The notes: generated by a model from the sequence alone, not told the origin. DNA of 64,000 nt from Felis catus (GCF_018350175.1 NC_058368.1:192946001-193010000); one strand, 5' to 3'; counted from the stretch's first letter, positions 37,262 through 50,139 are shown. Translations and numbers: made by a program.

Positions 37262-37638
37262 CTTTTATTGTTACTATTATTAGACTTTAATTTTTAGAGT
37301 AGTTTTAGGTTTATAGAAAAACTGAGTGAAAAGTGTAGAGTTCCCATATATCCCCTTATCTCCACCCCCTCCCTCAACAAGTTTCTCCTATTATTAACAT
37401 CTGTATTAGTGTAGTACATTGGATGAGTCAGTATTGATGCAATGTTATTAACTATAGTCCATTGTTTACATTAGGGTCCACTCTTGCTCTTGTACATTCT
37501 GTGGGTTTTCACAAATGTATAATGATATGCTTCCACCATTACAATATCAAACAGGATAATTTCACTGCCCCAAAAATCCTCTGTATTCCTCTCTCCCTGC
37601 CAACTCTTGGCAACCATTGATCTTTTTACTGTCTCCAA
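37262..37638 (-). mobile_element. L1MC/L1MB-type 3' end
   Basis: agttttaggtttatagaaaaactgag, ttacattagggtccactctt, acaaatgtataatga, ggcaaccattgatctttttactgtctcca. Confidence 0.8.
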
Positions 37639-38059
37639 CTCTAGACCCAACTGTCTACAGACTCTCAGTAGTTTCTAGCTTCTTCGACTCCCTGGAGGGA
37701 TAATGCAGGGCAGGATTCAACAAAGCCAGACCCCACTAGGACCACCATTGGCAGGAAAAAGCTTCTTTCACTGATTCAGCCTGGTTCTTATTAGACTTGT
37801 GAGTGTCTAAAAACTCTTCATCTGTTTGTCTCGGTCCACAGACTTGGCAGGTGGCTGAGTGTGGAGAGATTCTGACTGTCGGCAGTCAGAGGATTCAGCA
37901 TAGGGAGCAGGTGATGGGTTGAAGCAGCAAAGGGCTGTTGGGTCAGGGACTCACTTGGGCTGTAATAAGGTAGTCCATGCTTATTGTACCTGTCTATGGC
38001 CAGCAAATCTGTATCATGCTCTTCAGAAGAATGTCCCCCACAACTAGATATGTAGAGCC

Positions 38060-38205
38060 GTATTTCTGAAACCTTAATATGCCTGTGGATTTCCTGGGCA
38101 TCTTGTTAAAGTGCAGATTCTAATTCAGTAGGTCTGGGAAGAGGCCTGATATTCCCCAGCATTCCTGCATTTCTAACAAGTTCCCAGGTGATGCTGAGAG
38201 TAGCA
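38060..38205. mobile_element. MER5A-like MITE (hAT-Charlie)
   Basis: cttgttaaagtgcagattctaattcagtaggtctggg...tgcatttctaacaagttcccaggtgatgctga. Confidence 0.8.
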
Positions 38206-38449
38206 AGGATGTAGGAAACAGGAAATGAATTTATCTTGGGTGCACTGCCTGTTTTATCATTGGGCTTGCTGCCTAATTTCCTTAAAAGCTCTGATTGTTT
38301 TTTATGCTTCAAAGAAATCCTTGCATCTGGCTGAGTTCAATTCTAAATTCTACCATTAAATAGGGGCATTTTCAACCTGCAATGTGCTCAGATAAAGGCA
38401 CCTGGGATGGAAAATGAGGCCAATTATTCAATAACCAATTTTGTCTTTC

Positions 38450-39430
38450 AATAAATATCTGCTGAGCTTCTACAGTGTGCCAGACACGGTTCTCTTGGGA
38501 TTCCCAGTCTAGCAGCCAAGGGGACGAAAACTAAGCAAACAATCAAAATAATTTTAAGTTGTGGTAAGTGCATGGAAGGATACTCACAAAGGGTTAAGCT
38601 GGAGACTGATGAGAGGGAAGGGAGTATTTTAGAATAAGTGGTTGTATTATTCTCCTACTGCTGCTGTAATCAATCAGTACAAACTCAGTGGTTGAAAAGA
38701 ACACAAATGTTTCTCTTTTGGAGGTCAGAAGCTCAAAATCAGTCTCACTGAGCTAAAGTCAAGGTGTCTTGGGGCAGCTTTCCTCCTGGAGGTTCTAGGG
38801 GAGAATCTGTTTCCTTGCCTTTGCCAGCTTCCAGAGGTCACCCACAGTCCTTGGCTCATGACCCCGTCTTTGTATCATGACAACCTCTATGTCTGTTGTC
38901 ACATCTCCTCTCTGACTCTGGCCCTCCCTCTTATAAGGCCTGCTATGATTACATCAAGTCCACCAGGATAATCCAGAATAATCTCCCTCTCTCCAGATCC
39001 TTAATCATACCTGCAAAGTCCCTTTGGCCATGTGGGCTCCAGGGATTGGGATGTGGACATCTTTGGGTGGCGGGGTGGGGGGCGGGGAGTAGATATTATT
39101 CTGCCTACCACAGGGGTCAGGAAGGCCTATCTGATTGAGGAAGTAATATTTAAGCTAAAGACTCAGCACAAATCAAACATGAGAAGCATAGAAGAATCGG
39201 CTTTCTCAGTGGGGGAAGCAGCAATATCAAAGAGCTTGAGAGGGAGAGAGCTCTTTAAGCCCAAACCCTGGAGGGAGCCCCAGTGCGGTGGAGCACAGGG
39301 GACAGACAAGATGGGGTGCAGCAGATGGAGGGCCAGGAATGTGGGACCTGTGGGCTGTGATGAGGACTTTGGAGTCTACCCCATGTGTCATTAGCAGCCA
39401 TTGGAAAGCTGCATTCAGTCTGTGATGTGA
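38450..39430 (-). mobile_element. L2 relic split by an MLT1 LTR
   Basis: aaatatctgctgagcttctacagtgtgccagacac; resumes ggtcaggaaggcct...gaggactttgga. Confidence 0.6.
38643..39112 (-). mobile_element. MLT1 (MaLR) solo LTR
   Basis: tgtatt...ctgctgtaa, ggaggtcagaag, ctaggggagaatctgtttccttgcct, ends cctaccaca; approximate 5-bp TSD g(t/g)ggt. Confidence 0.85.
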
Positions 39431-39439
39431 TCTGTTTAG

Positions 39440-39642
39440 TGTCTGAAGGAGCACCTGCTACTCAGCTCCAGCTCATACTCGCCATGTGGAAATGTGCACA
39501 AAGCCCAGTGTGGCCAGGGCCTCTGACTTCTCAGGGAGAAAATGGAAATCTGGGTGTTTTCAATTACTGACAACCCATTGAAAACTTTAAAAGAACACAT
39601 GCAAATGAGGTTTGGCCAAGAGCTGCCAGGCCACCATCTCTG
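39440..39642 (-). mobile_element. MER102-like DNA transposon relic
   Basis: gctactcagctccagc...gccatgtggaaatgtg...gcccagtgtggccag...ggaaatctgg. Confidence 0.65.
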
Positions 39643-41788
39643 AAGCACCTAGCTTGCTGGATGACCTGGAGTGAATGATGGAAACTTCTGGGCCTTGGGT
39701 TCCTAGTCTGTACAGTGGAGAGAATGATGGTGGCTCCTGCAGGGGGTTGTTGTGAGGATCCAGTCTGTTAATGAGCAAATCCATATAAAATACTTAGCAC
39801 GGTGCCTAGAAGCATTCAGTGTGCACATATCCATGTGTGTATGTTTTTTAATTTGAGGGGATTAGAGGAAGGTTTGAAATAGATGACCTTTAAAATTGCT
39901 TCTGGCTCTGAGATTCTAAGACGATAAAAGATTCCTCATTAATCAGCCCATATATTTAATAGCAGGAGACCTGTGTTGTCTTTCCTCACTCGGATTTAAT
40001 TTCCTTACCCAGTATGCATCTCACAGAATGCATGTTTGGTAAGATGACAACAGGCTCCAAGACAACTATGCCGATGGCCAAAACCATTGTGGTAAGGAAC
40101 AAGCTTCCCTGTTGCTGACTATGCACAATGTTAAGGAGTTAGAGACCTCGTTAGAATTTTGAGATTAACACCTCTGGAGCTCCTGAAAATTCTCACTGTG
40201 GTTCCTTCCTTCTTTCTACTCAGGGGAGTAAAATCCGAGGAGGGGATGGGCATGTACACTTCATTGCCACTAGGTAGGTGAGCCTGAAGATTATAGGCTT
40301 TTGCTCTGAACGGCCTCCTCCCAGGGCCCAGGAGGTATTTTCCCACCCTCAGGGACCTACACAGAAAAGCACAGAGTAGAGTCAGGGCAAGCCTCATCCC
40401 AGACAAAGCTCCAGGGAGGTGTGGTTGTTACCAGGATCTAGAGGATGCCAGGGGTTTGAATTTTATCAACAAGAGCAATGCCTGCAAATGACAAATAAGT
40501 TGCACGCCTTCTCGGAATATCATCCAAGGACACTCAGCATACGCATTCACGTGTACATAGAACTTTGATTTCTTTCTTAAGCTTCAGAAGCAGCTTGGAG
40601 CTGGGAAGATAAAAAGCCATCTCTGATCACCAACACATCTCCCTCTACTTGAACATCCACAGCAGGAGACTGAGGTGACAGGGGTGGTCTGGGAGGTCCC
40701 CAGTTCTCTGAATAGCAACATTCAGTATCTCTATGGTAGGTAAAATGCTCCAACTGTGCTACTTTTCAGGAATGTATGAGGGAAATTCCCAGCACTGTAT
40801 CAGCAGTAGGTATGGATTCTGACATTCTTCTTGCCCTGGGCTGGCATTCTTTTACCTTGGCCTGGTGCTCAAGGTTCTCTGTTACAGTTTTTTGTTTGTA
40901 AGCCACCAGACTGACTCAGACTCACTCAGGCTAACTCAGGCCCAAAGGGGAGCTAGTGGAAGGCTATGAGGCTGACAGAACCGAAAGAAAGGCTGAGGCC
41001 TTGGACAGGGTCAGCAGAGGCAACTCCAGGATCCAGGGCAGAGACGGACTCACTCCTTGGGGACTCCTTCTGGTGAGTTGGTGCCATGGTTTTCAGTCTC
41101 TGCATTACTTTGCTCAGGATTTAAAACCCTGAAAGATTTTGATGGTGTGGATCAGCTATCTCCTGGCTGGTGTGTGGTCCACCAGACTATATGCTATGGG
41201 GAAGCAGATTCCCCCCCTACCCCCCCCCCACCAAAATATTGCTGTACTGCTACCCTTGGACTCCAAAAGAAAGGAGGAAGGCAGGCAAGCAGAAACAGCA
41301 GATGTCTATCACAGAGGTGCTACGGGAAGAGGTTCCAGTCCCTCCTGCTGGCCCATTCCTCATGACTCCCAACACCAACTGTCCCTTCTGCTTCACTGTA
41401 TTCCCCATCTCTTCCACTTCATGTTCTGCTCTCTCTGGGATTCTCTTCCTGCCTATGCCTGCATGTTTCCCAGGCCCATGTCACCTGATGCCCCTTCATG
41501 CATCAGGGTTTGGGTTGAACTACACATGGCTTAAGGAATAGGCTTCCCTGGGGAAAGGGAAAACTTACAAAGCTTAGGACTGCCATACCCCACAGAGAGA
41601 AGTCTAATGGCCTCATAGTGAAGGTCTGACTTCAGGAGGCACCCACTGGCCCCTGCACTTCTCCCATGTATGGAGCAAACGAGCAAAAAACAACCCTGGT
41701 AGAGGAACACACAGGCTGTTTGGTACCTTTAGTTCAGACGTAGGGTGCCAACCACTTATAGCTGCCCCAGACTTGAAATTGAGGTCCA

Positions 41789-41990
41789 GGGGCACCTGAG
41801 TGGCTCAGTCAGTTAAGCGTCTGACTTTGGCTCAGGTCATGATCTCACAGTTCATGAGTTCGAGCCCCATGTGGGGCTCTGTGCTGACAGTTCGGAGTCT
41901 GGAGCCCATTTCAGATTGTGTGTCTCCCTCTGTCTGCCCTCCCCCACTTGCTCTCTCTCTCTGTCTCAAAAATAACTAAACATTAAAAAA
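41789..41990 (+). mobile_element. CanSINE
   Basis: Perfect TSD aaattgaggtcca (41776-41788 / 41991-42003). Confidence 0.96.
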
Positions 41991-42282
41991 AAATTGAGGT
42001 CCATAGAAGGATAGACCCCTCACTCCAGATGAAGGAAGCCATCAGTTCTGTGGGAAGCTGAGTTTGGGTAAACTGAGAGTGATCCTGGCCCTGCCAGCTT
42101 GTTACCAGGCAGCCCACATACCCAACTCCACTGTCACTCCTTTCACAGTCCTTTCACTGACCCACACTCTCAACCCCCAAATCCCACAGACTAGATCTCT
42201 TTCATTTCTCTGAATTCTTTGATGGGGCTGCCTTGAGAAGTCGTCCTCTTTTTCATGTTTCTATCTTTACTCATCTCTGCCC

Positions 42283-42619
42283 AGGCTCAGACCCTTGATT
42301 TGAGAGGTCCATATTCCTGCCTCCTCCACTAGAGGCCTGGTCTCCACTAGACCAGGATCTCTTCAAGGACATCTCCTATAGGTCTCTTATCTTTGCATTC
42401 CAGTCACTAATGGGAAGCTTGGCTCATAGAGGCCCTTCATAGAACACAAGGCTCAGACCCTTGATTTGAGAGGTCCATATTCCTGCCTCCTCCACTAGAG
42501 GCCTGATCTCCACTAGACCAGGATCTCTTCAAGGACATCTCCTATAGGTCTCTTATCTTTGCATTCCAGTCACTAATGGGAAGCTTGGCTCATAGAGGCC
42601 CTTCATAGAACACAAGGCT
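42283..42619. repeat. Tandem duplication, 2 x 166 bp
   Basis: 42283-42448 repeats at 42449-42614; one mismatch seen (G42340/A42506); aggct recurs at 42615. Confidence 0.97.
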
Positions 42620-44659
42620 GACAAGAGAATAAATTGCAGATTCAGCTACAAGATAGAAATCTACTTAGAGGTGAAATGAGGACAGAACATGGAAGTGGAT
42701 CCCTAGAAACCCGAGGAGGTTGCATGGAAGGCCATACTACCAGGAGTGGACCAATGGGGAAAACCCTTTATGATATGGGGGTGGAGGTGATAGAGATGGT
42801 GTTAAAAACATTGATTCCTCCAACAAATATTCTTGAGTGTCCACTACATATCAGGCCCTAAGCCAAGCCAGGGAAGTCACCAGTGAATTAGACATTTAGG
42901 GCCCCCCCGATAGAGGTAATAGGATATTCTTTAGCTTCCTCTAAATCCTGGGAGTGAATTTCCTTTGCTTCACTAAATCCTTAATATTTCAAGATAAGTG
43001 GGGTCCTCTAGATTTACTGGTGCGTGGCATTGAATCAGAGGAAAAACTGTACCAAAACATCCCCATATTTCTTAAGAATTAAAAAAAAAAAATCCCCATA
43101 TGTTCACATGGTCACATGGAAGTTGAGTCAGAGTTACCCTGCTTAAGCCAGTTGTTATGCCAGAGACACAACAGGGGGTGGCATTGTTTTGACAAACTTA
43201 AAAGGCTTCAAAACCCAAATGGCTTAAGTGTAACATGCTGTCTCTGTGAGCTGTCACTCAGAAATTTTTCCAACTATTGATCCTGCAAGAGTGAGGACAG
43301 ATCAAGGTAAGGAGAGGTCTGGCTTTCAAGTTCATGTTTCTCTTACTCACTAGCTCTGGCCCTGGAGAGGAATGGGAGAGAGAAGGCACTGGTTTATTTT
43401 GAAAACCTTGATTTAATCACAAGGAATAAACCTTAGAGATTACAAAGCCCAGGGCCCTCATTCTACGCATATTATGGGTTAGGAACCTTATTAATGACTG
43501 CACTAATCACGTCATTGGCTCAGTTCCCCACACATCTCCACTTTATTCACCCACTGGGATTAAGAAGTCCCAAAGGAGGGGAACATCTCCTTTTCCTACC
43601 GGGTCACTGACATATAGTGGTGAGAACTGAAGGCACACATCTGTCAAAACAATTCAGTCAGTTTAGGAATATTGGTTCTTATTTGACAAATCCATGTCAA
43701 AGTCACAGCTGTTTGAATGAGACCAAGAACTACAGTTGATTTAAAAACCTAGACTGATTCCTCATATCTCAGGCCCAGTACCTACTCCTCTGGAATAGCT
43801 TTCTCTGTCCCATCAGCCAGAATTTGGCACTTCCTGCATATACCAACCCCATGCATACTTCTGGAAAAGCACCCCATGCATACTTCCGAAGCAATTGTAG
43901 TTGCACGCCGTGTCTATTGCTTGTTAGTCCAACTCTTTGAGAAAAAGAGACTATCTTATTCTCTTCATTCTCAAAGAGATAGACTCATAAGCATTTAGTA
44001 ACTGTCTCGTGAGTTAAGCAGCAAACACTGATTATCACATGCACCCCCATATTAGAGCAGCTATGAGACAAAGTGATGGAAGTATCAGGGGTCAGGTGGG
44101 GGAGTTCAGAGGGCCAGAAGGAAAGAGGGCCACAGAAAAGAGAACAAGAAAGAGAAGCAGACAAGGAAAGAGAGGAGTGGAAGGTAACACTGCAGGAAGA
44201 AGACACAAACTTAGAAGGAGCTCAGTGGCTCTGAGTACGATTCCAGGAAAACATTGATCAGACCCTGCTGTTCCCTGGAGTTTGTTGCTGCGAGTGGATT
44301 CCTGTTATCGCTTCTCTCTGAAGTGCTAATTAGAAGATTAGCCATCGTTCAGAGCTCTTTAGCCACTCTTTATCTTCCACAGCCCCAATCTGAAGGGGAG
44401 GACTTCAGGGGAACTAATTTTCTGTACTGATGCCCAAAAGCCAGAATACTACTACAGGAGCTGGATGAAACCAGATTTGGCTCCTTCAGGTGGCTCACAG
44501 GGGTTTTCTTTGTTTCTCTGGTTGAAGAGCAAGACCCCTGCATCTACTCTGATCATCCATAGAACTGGATTTCATTCTCTCTGCTCAACCACATCTGTTG
44601 CAAAAAGAGAGATACAGAAAGGCCGAGGATGAGAAAGGGAGTTTTGGGTCTGCATCTCC

Positions 44660-45200
44660 CATTTATTGGACTTTTACCATGTGCCAGGCACTGTGCTCAG
44701 CAAATTACATGCATTGTCTTGCTTAATCCTCATCTTTGAAGTAGGCATTTTCATTAATCCCATTCACAGATGAGACAACTGAAGCCAAGAATAAATGGCT
44801 TGCCAAACATCAGATACCTGGTTCCCATTAGAGCGCATATTTGAGACCAAGATGGTCTGACTCTAAAACCCATTCCTTTTACCATGATGCTGAACTACCA
44901 CCCACTGGGGGGCACAGAGTCACTAGTGAGTTTTGCATGATGATGATGGTGATGACACATGGTTGCTAAATGGTTATTATTGAGAATCAATTTTGTGCCC
45001 GGCACTGTACTAAGTGATTCAATAGTTCTATTGACAACCTCCCAACAACCTGATGAGGCTGGCTTTGCGGTTTATTTGTAGATGATAAACTTAAGGCCCA
45101 AAGAGACTCAACCAAGGGACTTATCCAAGGTTGCCTATTGAGTTGTGTGGTAGCAGAGCTCAAAATGGAGACAAAGTCTATCTGACTCTAAAGACGATGC
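44660..45200 (-). mobile_element. Two MIR relics
   Basis: ccatgtgccaggcactgtgct...cacagatgagacaactga; second copy tgtgcccggcactgtactaag...gtagatgataaact. Confidence 0.7.
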
Positions 45201-45710
45201 TGCAACTCTGAAGAGTTAAACCAGAGGATTTCTTCACTGACTGGAGTTCACTCTGATTCACAAAACTTTCCTGGAGGAAGGGATCTCTAGTGTTCTTTTA
45301 GTTCATCCCTCTGCCTTTCGGTAGTTAAGTCATTTATTGTCTCCTTTTTTTGGGTCTTTTTTAAAATTTAATTTAGTTTTTTAAATTTACATTCAATTTA
45401 GTTAGCATATAGCACAACAATGATTTCAGGAGTGGATTCCTTAGTGCCCCTTACCCATTTAGCCCATCTCCCCTCGCATAATCCCTCCAATAACCCTCTG
45501 TTTGTCCTCCATATTTAAGAGTCTCTTATGTTTTGTCCCCCTCCCTGTTTTTCTATTATTTTTGCATCTTAAAGTCCTCATATGAGTGAAGTCATATTAT
45601 ACTTGTCTTACTCTCACTGACTAACTTTGCTTAGCATAATACCCTGTAGTTCCATCCATGTAGTTACAAAAAAAGATTTCATTCTTTTTGATTACCAAGT
45701 AATACTTCAT

Positions 45711-45715
45711 TGTGT

Positions 45716-45757
<42 letters not shown>
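45711..45757. repeat. (TG)n microsatellite within the L1
   Basis: TG run with one interruption. Confidence 0.95.
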
Positions 45758-45760
<3 letters not shown>

Positions 45761-45868
45761 CCACATCTTCTTCTTTATGCATTCATCCATCGATGGACAT
45801 TTGGGCTCTTTCCATACTTTGGCTATTGTTGATAGTGCTGCTATAAACATTAGGGTGCATGTGTCCCT

Positions 45869-46633
45869 TTAAAACAGCATACCTATATCCCTTGGATAAA
45901 TACCTAGTAGTGCAATTGCTGCGTCACAGGGTAGTTCTATTTTTAGTTTGTTGAGAAACCTCCATAGTGTTTTCCAGAGTGGCTGCACCAGCTTGCATTC
46001 CCACCAACAATGTAAAAGAGACCCTCTTTCTCTGCATCCTTGCCAACGTCTGTTGTTGCCTGAGTTGTTAATGTTAGCCATTCTGACAGGTGTAAGGTGG
46101 TACCTCATTGTGGTTTTGATTTGTATTTCCCTGATGATGAGTGACGTTGAGCATTTTTTCATGTGTCGGTTGGCCATCTGGATGTCTTCTTTGGAGAAGT
46201 GTCTATTCATGTCTTTTGCCCATTTCTTCACTGGATTATTTCTTTTTTGGGTGTTGAGTTTGATAAGTTCTTTACAGATTTTGGATACTAACCCTTTATC
46301 TGATATGTCATTTGCAAATATCTTCTCACATTCTGTTGGTTGCCTTTTAGTTTTGCTGATTGTTTTCTTTGCTGTGCAGAAGCTATTTATTTTGATGAAG
46401 TCCCAATACTTCATTTTTGCTTTTGTTTCCCTTGCCTCCAGAGATGTGTTATGTAAGAAGTTGCTGTGGCCAAGGTCAGAGAGGTTTTTGCCTGCTTTCT
46501 CCTCGAGGATTTTGATAGCTTCCTGTCTTATGTTTAGGTCTTTCATCCATTTTGAGTTTATTTTGTGTATGGTGTAAAAAAGTGGTCCAGGTTCATTTTT
46601 CTGCATGTCGCTGTCCAGTTTTCCCAGCACCAC
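45869..46633 (-). pseudogene. L1 ORF2p C-terminal remnant (cysteine-rich domain), non-functional
   Basis: [49 protein letters not shown] are L1 ORF2 motifs; 1-nt frameshift near 46562 (upstream frame reads [11 protein letters not shown]); first zinc-knuckle Cys reads Arg. Confidence 0.93.
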
Positions 46634-46915
46634 TTTCTGAAGAGACTGTTTTTATTCCATTGGATACTCTTTCCTGCTTTGTCAAAGATTAGTTGGGCAT
46701 ACATTTGTGGGTCGATTTCTGGGTTCTCTATTCTGTTCCATTGATCTGAGTGTCTGTTTTTGTGCCAGTATTATTGTCTACTTTTGATAATTGCAATGGG
46801 GTCAGGGACTTTTAAGGGGCTCCTTCAAGGTCACACAGCTTGGATGTTCAGAAATGTGTTTCCATCATCTCAAGTCCACCTATGGTGGTTGGGTAATTAA
46901 GAGTTGTCTGCTCTT

Positions 46916-47131
46916 GGGGCGTCTGGTTGGCTCAGTCGGTTAAGCATCTGACTCTTGGTTTCAGTTCAGGTCATGATCTCATAGTTCATAAGTTTGAACC
47001 CTGCATCAGTCTCTGTGCTGACAGTGTGGAGCCTGCTTGGGATTCTCTCTCTCCCTCTCTGTCCCTCCCAGACTCATAGTATCTCAAAAAACAAACAAAC
47101 AAACAAAAAAAAAAAGGGAAAGAAAGAAAAA
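46916..47131 (+). mobile_element. CanSINE
   Basis: SINE head, compound A-rich tail; TSD aag(a/g)gttgtctgct. Confidence 0.92.
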
Positions 47132-49018
47132 AAGGGTTGTCTGCTTCATCTTCCCATGTTCTCTTGGCCTTTCTCCATTTCATTTTCCCACCTGATGCCC
47201 AGTGTCCTTTTGATGGTGGTGGGGTCCTAGGCCTGTTAATACTGCCTTACTGCCTTTCTTGAATACCTTTCTCTCACTAGAATTTATCTCTTTGTGTCCC
47301 TCCTGACCCTGTCAGGTGGCTAAAGTCAATTTGATCAAACTCATTTGCACTAAAGCATTAATGGCTTATTACAGTGATCTTTCTGGGTAAATGCTGCATT
47401 TTCAAATACCTCATCTAATTCCTGGCCCAATGCTGGACACTGCAGCACAGTGGCAGGCAGGCCGAGAGATATTTGGGTGAGGTGTTCTTTCTGATTAGGC
47501 AAAGCACTTGACCTACAATGAAGGCAAGTCTTTCCAGCATTTACCAGTTCAGAGAGGTCTTTCCCCATAAAGCTTCAGTTGCCTTAATCTGCAAAATGGG
47601 GATGGGAAATTTTGCCTGGAAGGAAGTCGTTGGGTTTGCTGCTCTCTTGCAGCATTAAGATCAGTCTAATTCCAGAAATCAAATCTGGGGAGGTGGCGGC
47701 TGTCAGGCAGCCAGCAAAATTAATGAGAAAATTGGAGTAAACACAATGTGTGTTTCATCGACTGAGGTTGGGAGAAGGTGACTGGGTGCCAGTCTGCAGA
47801 GTCAGGCTCTCCGGGGTGTATATACTCAGTATATGTGCCTCTCTGGAGATGCTGTGTGCTCGAAGCTAATGAATTCAAAGGCATGAATGAGGGTTTAGAA
47901 AAGAATGCCTCTACCTGGAAAGCTTCTGGAGAACCTTTCATTTACTTGAATCACGTCTTAGATCTGCCCTCTGTGATCAAACTAATGAGGAGTAGCACAC
48001 ACAATAAAGCCCCTCGGTGTGGGATAAAAAAGCCTTCATGCTCAATAGGAATTGCAAGAGAGGAAAAGCAATAAGTGATTGAAGAGCTTCTGTGATTCAC
48101 TGCCTGGCACAAGCTTTACAAAGCGAGGTTTCTTTTCTCTGCATTGGTGGCTGCGAACATCAGGAACGGGAGAAAGTTGCTCTTTGATTGAATCTCTTGT
48201 AATGAGGAGATTCTTTTATAAAGGACGTACACAGGAGGAGCGGCCATTTCCTGACAATCCCCTGGCTTTAATTGATCAAATATTTTTTTATTCTCTGCTT
48301 ATTCCTTTGAGGGAAAATTGCTTGGCAGAAAACAGGTACAAGATGGGTGATGGGGACCTAGTCCATGAGTCTCGTGCTCCAAAAGTGGGAGCTGAGAGTG
48401 AGGAACAAGTGTAGACAAGATAAGAGGGGCACAGATTGTCTTAGTGACTGCAGGGGGTTTCGTGACCTAGAAGGTGAATTAAAAGGGCACGAATTACCTA
48501 TTAATCTTCATTATCAAGGAACCACAGCACAGTGCAAGATTGCATATGCGATGCCCACAGGGGAAAATGAGTAATATAAATAAGTAAATTGGGCTGTGTT
48601 TAGGAAAGTCAACAGGACAAGCCTAAGACAAACAGTACTTACCCTCAGTGTCTGGAATTAATAGAGAGTGGCAGGGACCATGGTGAACTGCAAAGCAAGC
48701 TGGCTGTTACCTCTGGAAAGTATAATCTATTGAATTGAAAGCATAATCTATTCAATCAGAAACACTTGGATTAGAATTCCAGTTCTCTCTCTTCTTGGTT
48801 TTGTGACCATGGGCAAATTATTTAACCTCATAAAGTGAAAATAGGGGGTTAAAAAGCAGCATGAGAAGGACAATCCCTGTACTGGTCGGTTTAGGCTCAG
48901 AAGGTATTGTAATAAACAGCCATTGTGATGGATTCAATTGTGTCCCTCCAAATTCATATGTGGAAGCCCTAATCCCAGTACCTCAAAATGTAACCTTATT
49001 TAGAAGTAGGAATATTAC

Positions 49019-49242
49019 GGGGCACCTGGGTGGCTCAGCCCATTAAACGTCTGACTTAGGCTCACGTCATGATCTCATGGCTTGTGAGTTTGAGCCCCGT
49101 GTTGGGCTCTGTGCTAACAGCTCAGAGCCTGAGCCTGCTTCGAATTCTGTGTCTCCCTCTCTCTCTCTGCCCCTCCCCCACTTGTGCTCTGTCTCTGTGT
49201 CTCTCTCTCAAAGATAAATAAACATTAAATTTTTTTTTAAAA
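49019..49242 (+). mobile_element. CanSINE
   Basis: Full length; TSD aagtaggaa(t/c)at(t/c)ac. Confidence 0.95.
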
Positions 49243-49333
49243 AAGTAGGAACATCACATATATACTGAGTTAAAATGAGGTCATTAGTGTAGGCCCTAAT
49301 CAAATATGACTGGTATCCATATTGAAAGGGGGA

Positions 49334-49530
49334 GGGGTGCCTGGGTGGCTCAGTTAGTTGATCCTCTGATTCTTGATTTCGGCTCAGGTCATGATCCCAG
49401 AGTCATGGGATTGAGCCCCACGTCAAGCTCTGTGCTGAGCGTGGAGCCTGCTCGGGATTCTCTCTCTCTCTTCTTCTGCCCTTCCTTCTCTCTCTCTCTC
49501 TCTCTCTCTCAAATTAAAAAAAATAAAATA
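49334..49530 (+). mobile_element. CanSINE (older type)
   Basis: Full length; TSD aaaggggga. Confidence 0.93.
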
Positions 49531-50139
49531 AAAGGGGGAAATTTGGACACAGACATGCACACCAGAAGGATGCCAGGTGAAGATGAGGTCAGAGACCAGG
49601 GTGACGCTTCTACAAGCTGAGGAATGCCGAAGATTGGTAGTAAGTCACCAGAGTGTAGCAGAGAAACACGGAACAAATTCTCCTTCACAGCCCTCAGAAG
49701 GGACCAAACCTTGCTCACATCCTGACATCTTGATCTTGGACTCTAATCTCCAGAGCTGTGAGACAATACGTTTCTGGTGTAAAGCCACTGGTTTGCATAG
49801 ATAGTTGGGTACAGTAGCCCTAGAAAATGAATACATCCACTGAATCCCAATGGCTTAGGACAACAGGTTACATCCTGTATAGGCTGCATGCCCATTTTGG
49901 ATTGACAGAGGGCTCTGCTCTCATAACCTTTCAAGTACCCCGGGCTGATGGAGTAACCACCATCTCAACATGAAGCTTCGGGGCTCACCTTATAGGGCAA
50001 GAGGGCATGGAAAGTAGAATGCCAGCTCTTAAATACACTGCTCGTGCTTCCAATCAAGTCATATGACCCTGCCTAATATTGAGGGGGAAGGGAGGTCTAA
50101 TTGTACCATGAATCTGGAAGGAAAAGAGAACTGAGAGTG

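Larger units (their letters stand above)
45349..46770 (-). mobile_element. 5'-truncated carnivore L1 (3' ~1.4 kb)
   Basis: T-rich tail at 45349, 3'UTR, ORF2 3' end; TSD ttattgtct(c/a)ctttt (45334-45348 / 46771-46785). Confidence 0.95.
48924..49835 (+). mobile_element. MLT1 (MaLR) solo LTR containing two SINEs
   Basis: tgtgatgg...tgtgtccctccaaattcatatg start; attctccttcacagccctcagaagg; cagtagccctagaaaatgaataca end. Confidence 0.88.

Noticed and set aside
42283..42619. CRISPR-like or satellite array
   Set aside because: Only two abutting 166-bp copies, no spacers, no cas genes, mammalian context.
45948..46577. 209-aa hydrophobic ORF on the + strand
   Set aside because: Antisense shadow of L1 ORF2, with a non-ATG start and entirely inside the L1.
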